A stretch of DNA of 37,936 bases from Vulcanimicrobiota bacterium. GTDB lineage: Bacteria; Vulcanimicrobiota; Vulcanimicrobiia; Vulcanimicrobiales; Vulcanimicrobiaceae. The notes below the pieces were generated by a model, which saw nothing but the letters and a program-made list of their open reading frames with translations, was not told the origin of the DNA and made no database searches. Shown here in pieces: positions 1 through 10,141 of the stretch. A program made the translations under genes and the position numbers. Location of the stretch: contig CAVTCS010000006.1 of the NCBI GenBank assembly GCA_963733295.1, forward strand, positions 1 through 37,936. Reading direction: 5' to 3'. How positions within the stretch are numbered: the first letter of the stretch is position 1; each line of letters begins with the position of its first letter.

Positions 1-23
1 GCCTCGGCCCCCCAAGGGCCGCG
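1..23. repeat. Terminal direct repeat, left copy (circular closure)
   Basis: gcctcggccccccaagggccgcg at 1-23 is identical to 37914-37936. Confidence 0.95.
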
Positions 24-200
24 GCAAAGACGGGACGGTAGCCGCTCTGGGTCGAAAGATTAAAAAAAATCTGGAGCTGTGAGGTGATCTGATGCTTTGC
101 GCGTTATCGATCGGGTCGGTATTGGCCACGGTGGTTTTAGCGTTTGTGGCTGGTTTTTGCGCAGTGTTTGGGGCGTGGGTTTTCGGTCGGCTTGTGCCTC

Positions 201-491
201 ATGGCTGAGGTTTCGCCTTTGCGTGTTGTGTACGAGCCTGGTCCTGATCCGATTCGCTTGAGTCGTGAGCGTCGTTTGGCTGGATCTCGTGCGGAGATTC
301 TGGATGGATTGGATGGGACTTCTCGAGGGTTGGTGTGTGCGGTGGTAGCGGCTTTGGAGTTGTTGGCTTCTGTGCCCAAGGGTGCATTGCGTGGTGGTCC
401 TTCGGGGATGGCGGCGTCGGTGTTGCTGCGGGCGTTTGTAGATGCGACGGGTGTGCCGTATGTTGGGTCTGCTTGGGATTCGGATGGCTAA
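201..491 (+). CDS. Hypothetical protein
   Basis: ATG at 201 (MAEVSPLRVVYEPG...); its stop overlaps the next ORF. Confidence 0.5.
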   Translation: MAEVSPLRVVYEPGPDPIRLSRERRLAGSRAEILDGLDGTSRGLVCAVVAALELLASVPKGALRGGPSGMAASVLLRAFVDATGVPYVGSAWDSDG

Positions 492-669
492 GGCGAAGAA
501 GAAGGCCAAGCCCAAGCGGGATTTGCGGGCTTTGGCGGCTTCCCGTCGCGAGCCGTTGCTCAAGTCGGCGTATGAGGGAGCTGGGATTGTGAGCGATCGG
601 GTGCGTCGGGCACTTCCCAAGGTCGAGCAAGAAGCGCATGATTGGATGCACAAGGTTACGGGGAGGTAG
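484..669 (+). CDS. Small protein with Lys-rich N-terminus
   Basis: MAKAKKKAKPKRDLRALAAS...; packed between neighbouring ORFs. Confidence 0.55.
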   Translation: MAKAKKKAKPKRDLRALAASRREPLLKSAYEGAGIVSDRVRRALPKVEQEAHDWMHKVTGR

Positions 670-670
670 A

Positions 671-775
671 ATGGATCCGTTGACTGCGTCTTTACTCATT
701 GGGATTGTTTTTGGGCTGCCTACTATCCTCATTGCCGTCGTCTCGGTGGTCACGGCGAGGGCGAGTATTCGGTGA
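671..775 (+). CDS. Small membrane peptide (34 aa)
   Basis: GGAGG RBS, then MDPLTASLLIGIVFGLPTILIAVVSVVTARASIR*; one hydrophobic span. Confidence 0.55.
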   Translation: MDPLTASLLIGIVFGLPTILIAVVSVVTARASIR

Positions 776-867
776 TCGAGTGGCCCCTGGCGGTGTTTAT
801 CGCACTCTGGGCGGCAGCGGTGGTATCGGTTGTGGCAGCAGCGTTGATCGAGCATTGGGACCGGTGA
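772..867 (+). CDS. Small membrane peptide (31 aa)
   Basis: GTGA overlap with upstream ORF; MIEWPLAVFIALWAAAVVSVVAAALIEHWDR*. Confidence 0.5.
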   Translation: MIEWPLAVFIALWAAAVVSVVAAALIEHWDR

Positions 868-874
868 GTCACGG

Positions 875-1066
875 ATGACACATTATTCGGCTTTGGCGAT
901 TGAGATCGGCTGGGTCCAGACGATCACTGGGATGCAATACCAGATCGTCGTGCAGTGGAACATGAAGCGTCGTCGGGCGCTCGATGTGGACTGGGCGTTC
1001 TGGCCTCCGCGGAGTTTCCGTCTGGGTAGCCGTTGGTTCGGTCCGCAGCCGCGGTATCTGGGATGA
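875..1066 (+). CDS. Hypothetical protein
   Basis: ORF track; ATGA-coupled to the next ORF. Confidence 0.45.
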   Translation: MTHYSALAIEIGWVQTITGMQYQIVVQWNMKRRRALDVDWAFWPPRSFRLGSRWFGPQPRYLG

Positions 1067-1233
1067 CGTTCCTGGTGCCCGAGGAGATGGAGCCGAGTGC
1101 ATGGATGTGGTTCCGGCCGTGGGACCCTCGGCTGCACGAGTGCTTCTCTCGGTGGCTTCGTCGGAATTACGCTCGGATGGAGAACCGGGAGCGTTGGACC
1201 GCGTACGAGTGCGAGCATGTGAGGATGTGGTAA
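1063..1233 (+). CDS. Hypothetical Trp/Arg-rich protein
   Basis: ATG at 1063 overlaps the upstream stop; abuts the ORF at 1234. Confidence 0.45.
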   Translation: MTFLVPEEMEPSAWMWFRPWDPRLHECFSRWLRRNYARMENRERWTAYECEHVRMW

Positions 1234-1797
1234 GTGCCGTTCAAGCTGCCGTACTCGTTCGAGGAATGGCAAGCTTTGACCGGAATCCGCAAGCAGCGGT
1301 ATGTCCGGTTCATGCGCTACTTGTACGAGGAGGCGTCGCGTCTTGGAGACTTTGAGGCAGCCAAACTGGCGGCGGGCAAGCGAATGGACTGGCGCAACAG
1401 TGGCGGGTATCCTTTGAGCGATAAGGTCGTTGCCCGCAAGGTCGAGCAGATCCTGAGCCGACCGGACATCAACGGAGCCAATCGAGAGATGTTCGCAGTT
1501 TCCGCGGGGTTGTATCCGCACGACGTGAACCGGATGGTCGCCAAGCACATCCTGGGTGAGATCGAAGTGACCAAGCATATTCAAACCAAAGACGGCGTGG
1601 AGACGATCGTGGAAAAGGCTCCGCCTTCTCTGGATGCGGCCAAGCTCTATTACAATCTGGCGATGCCCAAGCCCGCCAAGCAGGTCAACGTCGACCAGCG
1701 GGTGTTGGTAGCCAAGACGTTCGTGACGGATGAGCCGCCGGCGATCCGAGCTCGTGTGCTGGAACCCAAAGCCATCGAACAGAAGAACGATGCGTGA
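1234..1797 (+). CDS. Putative terminase small subunit
   Basis: 187 aa, helical DNA-binding-like N-half, C-terminal 'KPAKQVNVDQRV' strand; lies upstream of TerL. Inferred from position and size. Confidence 0.4.
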   Translation: MPFKLPYSFEEWQALTGIRKQRYVRFMRYLYEEASRLGDFEAAKLAAGKRMDWRNSGGYPLSDKVVARKVEQILSRPDINGANREMFAVSAGLYPHDVNRMVAKHILGEIEVTKHIQTKDGVETIVEKAPPSLDAAKLYYNLAMPKPAKQVNVDQRVLVAKTFVTDEPPAIRARVLEPKAIEQKNDA

Positions 1798-2063
1798 TAA
1801 GCGCAGGCCAAGTGGGTCCGTCGGTGACGGTCAAAGGCGGGGGACCGCCCCTTCCGGCGGTCACCCAGACCTGCAGCGTGTGTGGCCAGGCGGTCTGGTG
1901 CGGGGGTCCGAATTGCCCGAACAATCCTTTGAGCGGCAGCGCTCCCTTACTGCCCGTGGGTTACGACGGTGTCAAGCAGGTTGCCACACTTTTCCTCTCG
2001 GTCCCGACGAAAGCAGTGAACGGCCCTAGCGCCGGATTCTACGTCGTTGCCCCCGGAGCGTAA
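1794..2063 (+). CDS. Small Cys-containing protein, possibly the frameshifted N-terminus of the fibre gene
   Basis: CSVCG...WCGGPNC; overlaps the ORF at 2047, which has only a weak TTG start. Confidence 0.4.
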   Translation: MISAGQVGPSVTVKGGGPPLPAVTQTCSVCGQAVWCGGPNCPNNPLSGSAPLLPVGYDGVKQVATLFLSVPTKAVNGPSAGFYVVAPGA

Positions 2064-4159
2064 GGAGCCCAAAGCTCCAATCCCCAATGCTCCGCTGCGA
2101 GTCATTGGCCCATCCGACGTCCAGCAGCAGCGGCAAATCTGGGCTCCCGTTCAGTTGCTGTACGCCATCTCCGCTGGGATTCCAGCACACGGTGCTGGCA
2201 ACGTCGGTATAACCGAAGTTGACGGGCCCGGCGGCGATGCGTTCGGGCCCGTCCTCACGTTCACGGGTGGCGGAGTCACGAATACTGGCAACACGTTCAC
2301 GTTTGCCAGTAGCGGTGCGGCGATCACGCTGAACGGCGCTTTCACGATGCCTGCAGTCGGTGCGACCGGCACGATGAACGTGTTGGGCGACTTCGAGAAG
2401 TTGCAAGACGGCACATCGTTTTATATCTATAACACCAACTCGTCCATCGGCGGGGGCGTGCTGACGAACGATCAGCAGGGCTACGAAGGGCAGATCGCTT
2501 CTGGAGGCGGGACCGCTGCGCCGACCGTTCTCACCACGTCGCTCGGGACGTACAGCGCCGGCGGCACGATCGCGAGTGGCATCGACGTCACTTGGGGTCA
2601 GACCCCGACGATTGTCGGCAATGTCCCGAGCATCGTCAATTTCGGCAGCAACGATAGCGTCGGCCTCACCGTGACGGTCACGATGAGCGGCACGCCGACT
2701 GTTGGAAATCGGCTGTATGCGTGGGTGACGTGTCCGAGCGGAACGACGGTCACGCCCCCTGCGCTCTGGTTCGAGTTCACGTCTGGCACAACCGCCTCGG
2801 GTTTCCTTGACCAATCCATCTTTGGTTTCTTCCACGACGTGGTTTCCGGCGACGGAACGAGTTGGGTGTTTAGCTATAGTGGCTTCGTTGGCGGTGCGTG
2901 CGGCATTCTGGAAGTCTCTGGCGGGCAGTTCGCGCTGCAGCTAGCCGCCGCGCAGTACAACAACAACGACAACGCATTTTCCCCGAATCTGACCCCAACA
3001 TCGCCGAACTCTTTGGCGATCGGGTACATGATGCAGCGCAACGGCTCGGGCCGCAGTACGCCCACGGGCTGGACGAATTACCTGTACCAAGGCACCGGAA
3101 CCGGGGACGCCGCGCTGGCCCTGCAAATCGGACCCGCGACGACGATGAACGTCATTCAATCACTCACCTTCGCGGCCGATGTGAACGTCAGCGGCTTACT
3201 GCTGGTCCCGCCTGGCCTGACGTCCACCGGCTCCTCGGGCATTACCCAGATCAACCAACAACCTGGCCCCCATATTTCCGTGTTCGGCGGGCCGTTCATC
3301 GGCATTTCAACGCTGACCAATGCCGTTGAAGTAATCAACGCTGGGCTGACGTCGGCAACCGGGCCGAGCCTAACGGTCGACCGGAGCCATCCAAATCATC
3401 GGACCCGCGGTGCTTCAGGCGGGAAACCAGTTCTTCATCTCAGTCGGTGGTTCGGCCGGCGGGGGAGGAACCTCGCTGACTCCAGCCCAGAACTACGATG
3501 CTCTCGTGATGGCAACGGTGGGACTCCATAACTATTGGAAACTCAACGAGACAAGCGGAACGACGGCCGTGGACATCGTCGGTGGAAGCAACGGCACCTA
3601 TAATGGAACGGTAACCCTAAACATTCCCTCGAACGGCGGGTTCACGGGGGTTTTGTTCGATGGCGCGACAGGTTTCATGTTCGCGAGCCCGTCATTCTCC
3701 GCGGGAACAGTTGCACAGTCCTACGAGGTGCTTTTCTCGATTGCAATTCCGCCCGCGAGTGCCGTAGCCTATACGATCTTCGGCACGAACTCCGCGGCAA
3801 ACGCCTTCCTCGACGCGCTTTCAGCTACAAGCGATGTCGTGGCTGGCGATGGCATCAACTATAATACAAACGGCAGTGGGGGAAACTTTACCGGGTTCCT
3901 TGCTCCAGCCGGCACGCTCGTTCATGTGGTGTTTACCTATGACGGAGCCAACGCTCACTGCTACTGCAACGCGATGTTGCTCAAATCAACCGCTGCCGCC
4001 ACGCTTGGCACTCAGACCGGACTCACGGTTGGAGCGGTGCGAGCGGGCAGCACGACTCCCGTGAACTTCTTTCCAGGAGTGATTACACGAATGGCTTATT
4101 ATACGGCAGCTCTTACCCAAACAACGGTCAGCGCTCATTGCGCGGCGGCTCTCGGGTGA
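2047..4159 (+). CDS. Tail fibre / receptor-binding-like virion protein with C-terminal LamG (ConA-like) domain; frameshift near 3375
   Basis: Gly/Thr/Ser-rich beta protein. ORFs 2047-3531 and 3410-4159 join as ...GPSLT/STGAIQIIGPAVLQAG. LamG motifs: YWKLNETSGTTAVD, HVVFTYDG, FFPGVITRMAYYTAALT. Confidence 0.7.
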
Positions 4160-4511
4160 GTACACCTGAATCAATCGCCGCGGCTTTTGCCAAGGGCCTG
4201 GTCGAAGGAATGCTCGGGAACGGCAAAGAGAAAGCCGTGCGGCCTAAAGTCGTCAAGCAAGACGACGTGCGCCAAGCCGTGGCCGACTTCCTCAAACCGA
4301 TGATGGACGAACCGACTCCCGAACAAATGGATATCTTCGCGCGCGATGCAGAGAACAGTCCGCCGGACCCGGTCGCCGAGATGACCTTACGCCGCGTCGA
4401 AGAAGCGCGTATGCGGCACGAGCAGCAAACGAGCCGAAGAAGAAAACCCGCGACCGGATATGCTTCGATCCCAATAGCCCGAGCCTGTCGCCCTGGACTT
4501 CACCCCGGTGA
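4156..4511 (+). CDS. Hypothetical protein (frameshifted near 4440-4465)
   Basis: GTGA-coupled start MSTPESIAAAFAKG; alternative frame ends ...SPWTSPR* overlapping the TerL start. Confidence 0.5.
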
Positions 4512-6505
4512 GCTATGCGCTGACCGATCAATGCGATCCCGAAGCCGTTGCGCTCTGGAACGCCTACGCCGCCGGCGATAACTCCGCCGACAACCGCGTC
4601 ATCCTCGAACAACTCACACGCATTCTGCAGCAAGACTTCCCCACGTTCTGCGGCTTGCTTCTCAAAGTGCGGCCCAAAGGCGGCGGATACACCGAGCCAT
4701 TCTTGTTCAACCAAGTGCAGCGGCGTATCTGGCGTGAAATGTGCGTGCTCATCCAAGCAAAAAAACCGCTGTGGTTTGTGATCCTCAAGTTCCGGCAAGC
4801 GGGCATGAGCACGTTCTGGTGCGGCTGGCTGTTCTGGCAACTCTGGCGGCAATTGCACATCCAAACGATGGTCGTCGCGCATCAACTGCCCACAGCCGAA
4901 ACGATGATCTCGACCATGAAGATCTTTTACGACGAATTGCCCGAACTGTTCAAGCCGGACTTGCGCGAAGGGAATCACGGCGCATCCATTCCGCGAGGAG
5001 AAGTCTACTTCGCCGATCGCGACTCGTTCTGTCTGATTCACTTAGCCAAGAACATGGACCCCAGAGGCCAGCAAGTCACGCACGTTCTGGAAACCGAGTT
5101 CGCCATGTACCCGGACCCAGACGAACTGAACGGCGCGCTCATGCCGCAGCTTCCAACGTTCGGCAGCGAAGCGATCTTGCGTTCGTCGTTCATCATTGAG
5201 TCCACGCCCAAAGGGCAAAACGAGTTCCACGATCTGTACAAAGACACGAAAACCGGGGAGATCGAACTATTCCACTCGATGTTCTTCCCGTGGTTCCTGT
5301 TCGACGAGCAGTACAGTGCAAAGGCCCCGCCTGAGTTCAAGTTATCGAACGAAGAAAAGAAAGTGCAACGCAAGCTCACGCGCATTCGCATGTTCGAGTG
5401 GGATGTGCGCGACGGCGGGGGCGTGCCGGTTACACGCGACCAAATGTACTGGCGTCGGCAAACGATCAAGACGCAGTTCCGCAGTAACGAAGCGCGGTTC
5501 GATCAAGAGTATCCATACGACGATGTGAGTTGCTGGATGCTCTCGTCCAAGTCCGTGTTCCGGCAATACTCGGAGTTCCTGGGCGAGTGCATTCACGAGG
5601 CAGTCGAACGCGCCACGAGCACCTGGGCCGAAACGATGATCGATGGGAAGCCGGTCATCACAAAGGGCCCCGCGCGGGTGAAACTGACGCCGCACATAAA
5701 GAGCATGGGCACGCTCACGCCGATTACGCGCGTGTCGTTCGAGGTACATGCACATGGGAAGTGGCTCGTCTGGGAACCGCCGGTCGCTGGGCACAAATAC
5801 GTCGTGGGAGCGGATCCTGCCCTTGGCTTGGATGATGGCGATAACTCTTGCATCTGCGTGGTCGATGCCACCACCGGCCGGCAAGTCGCCGAGTTCACCG
5901 ATACGATGGGCCCAGAGAACTTCGCCATCGAGATTGCCGCAGGGGGCTATTGGTACAATAACGCCTTGGCTGTGCCGGAGATTAACTCGATCGGGTCAGT
6001 GGTCCTTAAGCGGCTCATGTACAACATTCAGTATCCCTACATGTACAAGTGGCCGCGTTGGGACGAGCCGAACAACTATAGCAAGAAACGCGGCTGGGAA
6101 ACCACCCCTCGCACAAAGCAACTGCTCGTGAGTGCGATGATCTATATGTGCGAAGAAGAAACGCTGCAGATTGCAAGCAAGGAACTGTACGCCGAAATGT
6201 CCACCTTCGAGCGCAAAGAGAATACGTATCTCGACGGGTTTGAGTTTCACGCGCAAAAAGGACGGCACGACGATCGCGTGATGGCTCTTGGCCTGTGTGC
6301 GATGGGAATCGAACAGACGCCGATTCTGTTGCTGGAACTGGACAAGGCGCGTCGGCGCGTTCCGAGCGCGAAGGACTTGCATCTCGCTTCTGCTCCGGGC
6401 GATGGGCCGAGTCCGACCGTGTTGCCCAAGCAAATCGCCGAACTCGTCGCGCTCAAGCACAGCATTCCGTGGAATCCTATGGGCTCCGAGATACCGTTCA
6501 ATTGA
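4508..6505 (+). CDS. terL: Terminase large subunit
   Basis: Walker A ILKFRQAGMST, Walker B HVLETEFA, coupling motif IIESTPKG, RNase H-like YVVGADPALG..DNS and HDDRVMAL. Confidence 0.95.
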   Translation: MSYALTDQCDPEAVALWNAYAAGDNSADNRVILEQLTRILQQDFPTFCGLLLKVRPKGGGYTEPFLFNQVQRRIWREMCVLIQAKKPLWFVILKFRQAGMSTFWCGWLFWQLWRQLHIQTMVVAHQLPTAETMISTMKIFYDELPELFKPDLREGNHGASIPRGEVYFADRDSFCLIHLAKNMDPRGQQVTHVLETEFAMYPDPDELNGALMPQLPTFGSEAILRSSFIIESTPKGQNEFHDLYKDTKTGEIELFHSMFFPWFLFDEQYSAKAPPEFKLSNEEKKVQRKLTRIRMFEWDVRDGGGVPVTRDQMYWRRQTIKTQFRSNEARFDQEYPYDDVSCWMLSSKSVFRQYSEFLGECIHEAVERATSTWAETMIDGKPVITKGPARVKLTPHIKSMGTLTPITRVSFEVHAHGKWLVWEPPVAGHKYVVGADPALGLDDGDNSCICVVDATTGRQVAEFTDTMGPENFAIEIAAGGYWYNNALAVPEINSIGSVVLKRLMYNIQYPYMYKWPRWDEPNNYSKKRGWETTPRTKQLLVSAMIYMCEEETLQIASKELYAEMSTFERKENTYLDGFEFHAQKGRHDDRVMALGLCAMGIEQTPILLLELDKARRRVPSAKDLHLASAPGDGPSPTVLPKQIAELVALKHSIPWNPMGSEIPFN

Positions 6506-6837
6506 AAAAGCAATTATATGATGTTCCGATTTACCTAGTCGTCTTTGAAGATGCGTGCCACCAAGGAGAGGGGAACGAAATGGACCCGGTTGAGGTGGCA
6601 GAAAACTTCGAGACTATTCCGGTTGAGGCGGTGGGATTTCTAGTGCATCGTTCTAAGACTAAGGTCATCCTGTCTCAGCACCGGGGATGGGACGAGGAGC
6701 TAGGCTGGGGCTATCGTGACCACCTCGTAATCCCCGCCAAAAATGTCATCCGGTTGCGAAAGATGGCTAATGCCGACGTATGTGGTCCACTGCCAAGTCT
6801 GCGGCGAGCAGGAAACGGTCGAACGAATCAGCCGTAG
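6502..6837 (+). CDS. Hypothetical phage protein
   Basis: TTGA overlap with TerL; VVFEDA...VGFL...LVIP pattern seen in small phage proteins. Confidence 0.6.
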   Translation: MKKQLYDVPIYLVVFEDACHQGEGNEMDPVEVAENFETIPVEAVGFLVHRSKTKVILSQHRGWDEELGWGYRDHLVIPAKNVIRLRKMANADVCGPLPSLRRAGNGRTNQP

Positions 6838-7189
6838 CCAGTACGCCGACTGCCCGGTCTGCCAGCGACCGCGGGTTAAGATTCCTCAGGTGATTCAGTT
6901 CACCGAAGATCGGCTGCGCATGTGGACAGGGCCACTCGGCAACGGATATTAGCACGGCTCTTGGTGAACAGATGCCGGATACTCGAGCGAGCCGGGACCG
7001 CTTGGCGAGGAAGAAGGGTCGTTGAGTTCATTACAAAAGTCCGAGCTTGTCGCCTCGAACAAAGAAGCGGCCGAAGCCATCGCGTACAAAGCGGACGTCG
7101 ATCGTGGTTTGCCTCACCAGCCCATCGGTGCCGGTGATACCTCGGCTTTTAAGCCGCCCCCGACCCGGTACAAAGATAAGCTAGGATGA
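6770..7189 (+). CDS. FmdB-like zinc-ribbon protein (frameshifted)
   Basis: MPTYVVHCQVCG...CPVC; reading continues across indels near 6950 and 7020 to ...YKDKLG*. Confidence 0.65.
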
Positions 7190-7422
7190 GGCGCGGATGG
7201 TTCCTCGGCTCAATGGCGGCAACCGGAGCGATGAAGCAGGTCGGCTTCCTTGGGCGATTCTTCCGGCCCGCCGCGCCTGTCGTTCAGCCGATTCGCTGGG
7301 CGCTGTACAAGGCTCGCATGGCCGCCCAAATCGAGGAGTACCATCTGGGCAACGAGCGCGCGGCGGCGAACATCTTACTTAGACGCCTCAACGCTGAGAT
7401 GGCTCTGAGGCGCGCACGGTGA
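7186..7422 (+). CDS. Hypothetical protein with RRxxFL (Tat-like) N-terminus
   Basis: MRRGWFLGSMAATGA; coupled at both ends. Confidence 0.5.
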   Translation: MRRGWFLGSMAATGAMKQVGFLGRFFRPAAPVVQPIRWALYKARMAAQIEEYHLGNERAAANILLRRLNAEMALRRAR

Positions 7423-9387
7423 GCGTTAGCGTTATCGGTCCGGCTGCGGCGAGCGTTCGGCAAGGCAAGAAAAGCTCCACGGGGGATTGGGAAGAACGCC
7501 TTACCCGCCGCGTGATGACCTACGTCCGCAATGCGGACCAGGGCGAAGAAGCGCGTCGCCGGCACGACCGCCTCGGAGCGAAACTCTTTTATGGCCAGCA
7601 CTGGGACCGCCCGATGCCGAGCGACCGAGCGGCTATCACAGCCAACCTGTGCATGGCGATTCTGCGGCACAAAGTCGCCATCATGACCAAGCAAGACCCA
7701 ATCCCGGTCATCGAGCCGGACGACGTTGGGGATGCTCGCGCCGCACAACTCATGGCCAAAGTCATCCGGCGGCTGTGGATGTCCATCGACTCGAACATGC
7801 GCGGCAAGACGAGGCGACTCGTGACGCTCGCCAACGCCACTCGGACGTGCGCCTTCAAAGTATCCTGGGACCCGGTTGCGCGAGGCGGCGCGGGAGACAT
7901 CGCAACCGACGTCATCCCCGGCTGGAACCTCATTATGGATAACCGGGTCGGCTCGACGGAGATGATGGAGTATTGCGGGCACCGGGCGACCATGAACCGC
8001 TCGCGAGCGATGCTGTACTACCCGGACGCCGCGGACAAGATCCAGGACTTGGTCGATTCCCTTTCGTCCAAACGGCAGGCAACGCTTCAGGGGATCGGTT
8101 CGCCTATCACGACGCCCTGGAAGTCGAGTTACATTCCCTCCCCGGGCGCGTCGATCGTGAACGGCAAGCCAGTCGTCACGAGTTTTGCCGGCGAGATTCC
8201 CATGACCGGGAACGCCAACGACGACGTGGACATTCTAGAGGTGTACCACCGCGACCACACGGTCATGCAGAAGGAAGTCCCGGTACGCGATCCGCTCGGC
8301 CGCATCAAGCAAGAGATCAGCCGGGACGACGATGGTATGCCGCAGTTTACCGAGGGCCAGCCCGACATGCATCCGATGCCGGATGGCTCGCTCATCGCGC
8401 TTCCGAAGTTTGAGCTCGTCATGGAGGATCTGACCGAACTGCAGCTCGTGCGGAAGTATCCGTATTGGCGGCGGACGACGATCTGCTACGCCGGGGGCGA
8501 GGCAGTGCTCTTGGAGGATCGCCCATGGGATTACCGTCTACCGTTCGCATTTTACACCGACATCGAACCACTCGACGGCATACTTGGACGTGGCTCGCTC
8601 TTGCAGACGGAGCACCTCCAAGCGTTGGTCAACGTCGGTTTGTCTACGGTGACGGACACGTTACGTTATGGGGCGCTCTGCGCTTGGCTGGCGGGGACGT
8701 CATCCGGTATCACTTCGACCCAAATCATCCCGGGCATCGGCCAGGTCATCCCGGTGAACGACATACAGCAGATGAAGGCGCTGGAGGTGAGTCCGCTTGA
8801 TCCCCAGTTTTTCACGCTCCTTGATCGTGCGGTCCTATTCATGGAGCGCATCCTGGGGGCCACTGGCGTTATGCAAGGTGAGAGTGCCGGGCGGGTTGAC
8901 TCAGCTGCTGGTTATGATACCCTCGCAGAAATTGGCGGTTCGACTCTCGTGGAGTGTACGCAGAGGCTTGAGACTACGCTGGCTGAGTGGGCAGAGATAT
9001 GCGGACAGTTTGCTCAGGAGTTTTACGACGAACGACACGCGATCGCCGTAGAAGATATCGAAGGGAACATCACATGGGAGAGAGCGAGCAGTCCGCTCTT
9101 GCAAGGTTCGTTCTCCTATACGGTTGCGACTGGCTCGACGATGGCGTGGTCCGAATCGAGCAAGGCAACACGTTCCTTAACGGAGTACCAGCAAGGCCTC
9201 ATCGACCGGCAAAGCTATTACGAAGAAACCAAGAAGCCGAATTGGCGGCAGATCCTCGCGCGGATCACCGCGGCGACGCGGACCGCAGGGAGCGCTCGGG
9301 CCGGCGGCGAGTCCGCCACCGAGAACGCGCCAGACGGCGAGTAAGCCGGGAGCGCCGAAGCCCAGGGCACCGAAGCCGCACGGATGA
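7419..9387 (+). CDS. Portal protein (P22-like); C-terminus probably frameshifted
   Basis: ~640 aa after TerL; FYGQHW...AITANL, FKVSWD, GRGSLLQTEHLQALVN, GATGVMQG, SAAGY. ORF-track stop is 9344; an alternative frame ends at 9387. Confidence 0.85.
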
Positions 9388-9593
9388 TTGAGCAAAAGCC
9401 CGAGGAATTGCCGCTGGCGGACCTCGTGCGGCTGCATCTTATTGGCGCGGTCGAGCACGGGTTCATCACGATCAGGTACGAGAAGGGGCGACCGACCGTT
9501 GTTGAGCGTCACGAGGTGATTCGGATAGGGAAGCCAGATAATGGAGCCGAACCAAATACAAAGCTATTGACAGAGAGGTCGCTTTCTCCGTAA
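9384..9593 (+). CDS. Small DUF2292/YezD-like protein
   Basis: HGFITIRYEKGRPTVVERHEVIR resembles the GxITI...GxxxxIERxExIR pattern of DUF2292. Confidence 0.5.
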   Translation: MIEQKPEELPLADLVRLHLIGAVEHGFITIRYEKGRPTVVERHEVIRIGKPDNGAEPNTKLLTERSLSP

Positions 9594-9596
9594 GGT
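9567..9596 (+). promoter_or_regulatory. sigma70-type promoter upstream of the head genes
   Basis: TTGACA-18 bp-TAAGGT. Confidence 0.55.
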
Positions 9597-9629
9597 AGCT
9601 CTGGTAGTTTAGGTAGCGGATACCACCGC

Positions 9630-9666
9630 GCCGGAGGTCCTAGTCAGGGCCCCGGCTTTTTCTTTT
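9630..9666 (+). terminator. Intrinsic terminator
   Basis: gccgg-a-ggtcc/tagtca/gggcc-ccggc stem followed by TTTTTCTTTT. Confidence 0.75.
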
Positions 9667-9676
9667 GGGGTGAATA

Positions 9677-10111
9677 TTGGCTGGAACCGGGCAGATGCAG
9701 ATGGGCCCAAACGCGGTACAAAACCCGGCCGCGTTGGTCGCTGCACTCAAGGGGGCGCAGCCAGCCCAAAAACCCGGCACGCCGTTCGAACGACTCAATC
9801 CCGACCAGCAGGCTCTCGAACATATCAAAGCCGCCGCGGTGAGTCTCGAACGAGCGACCCAGTTCACCAATGACCAGCCGATGCAAATGACGTTCAACGC
9901 CATGATCGGCACGCTGAATAAGGCTCTGCTTAAGTTTGACGGGCAAGCCGTCATGGCTTCGCTGCAAGAAGCAACCCAAAGTTTCCCGCCGACCGGAGCA
10001 CCGGGGTTAGCGGGCGGTCCTCCACCTCCAGGCCCTCCGGGGCTTGGCGCACCGGCAGTACCTCAAGCTCCCCCGATGGGCGGTTCGCCGCCTATGCCGG
10101 GGATGGCATGA
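9677..10111 (+). CDS. Pro/Gln/Met-rich hypothetical protein
   Basis: ORF track; low-complexity C-terminal tail. Confidence 0.65.
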   Translation: MAGTGQMQMGPNAVQNPAALVAALKGAQPAQKPGTPFERLNPDQQALEHIKAAAVSLERATQFTNDQPMQMTFNAMIGTLNKALLKFDGQAVMASLQEATQSFPPTGAPGLAGGPPPPGPPGLGAPAVPQAPPMGGSPPMPGMA

Positions 10112-10141
10112 GGCCGTTGTTATGACGAAAGGAGCAACCTT

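Noticed and set aside
1..23. Biological terminal repeat or attachment site
   Set aside because: A 23-bp exact end overlap is equally explained by assembly circularisation, and no integrase is present
60..653. Long antisense ORFs in the ORF track (also e.g. 12922-14070 and 20020-20838)
   Set aside because: Shadow ORFs typical of high-GC DNA, lying opposite better-supported genes
3360..3420. Programmed frameshift giving two fibre lengths
   Set aside because: No slippery heptamer seen; the post-shift tail of ORF 2047-3531 reads as nonsense, so a sequencing indel is more likely
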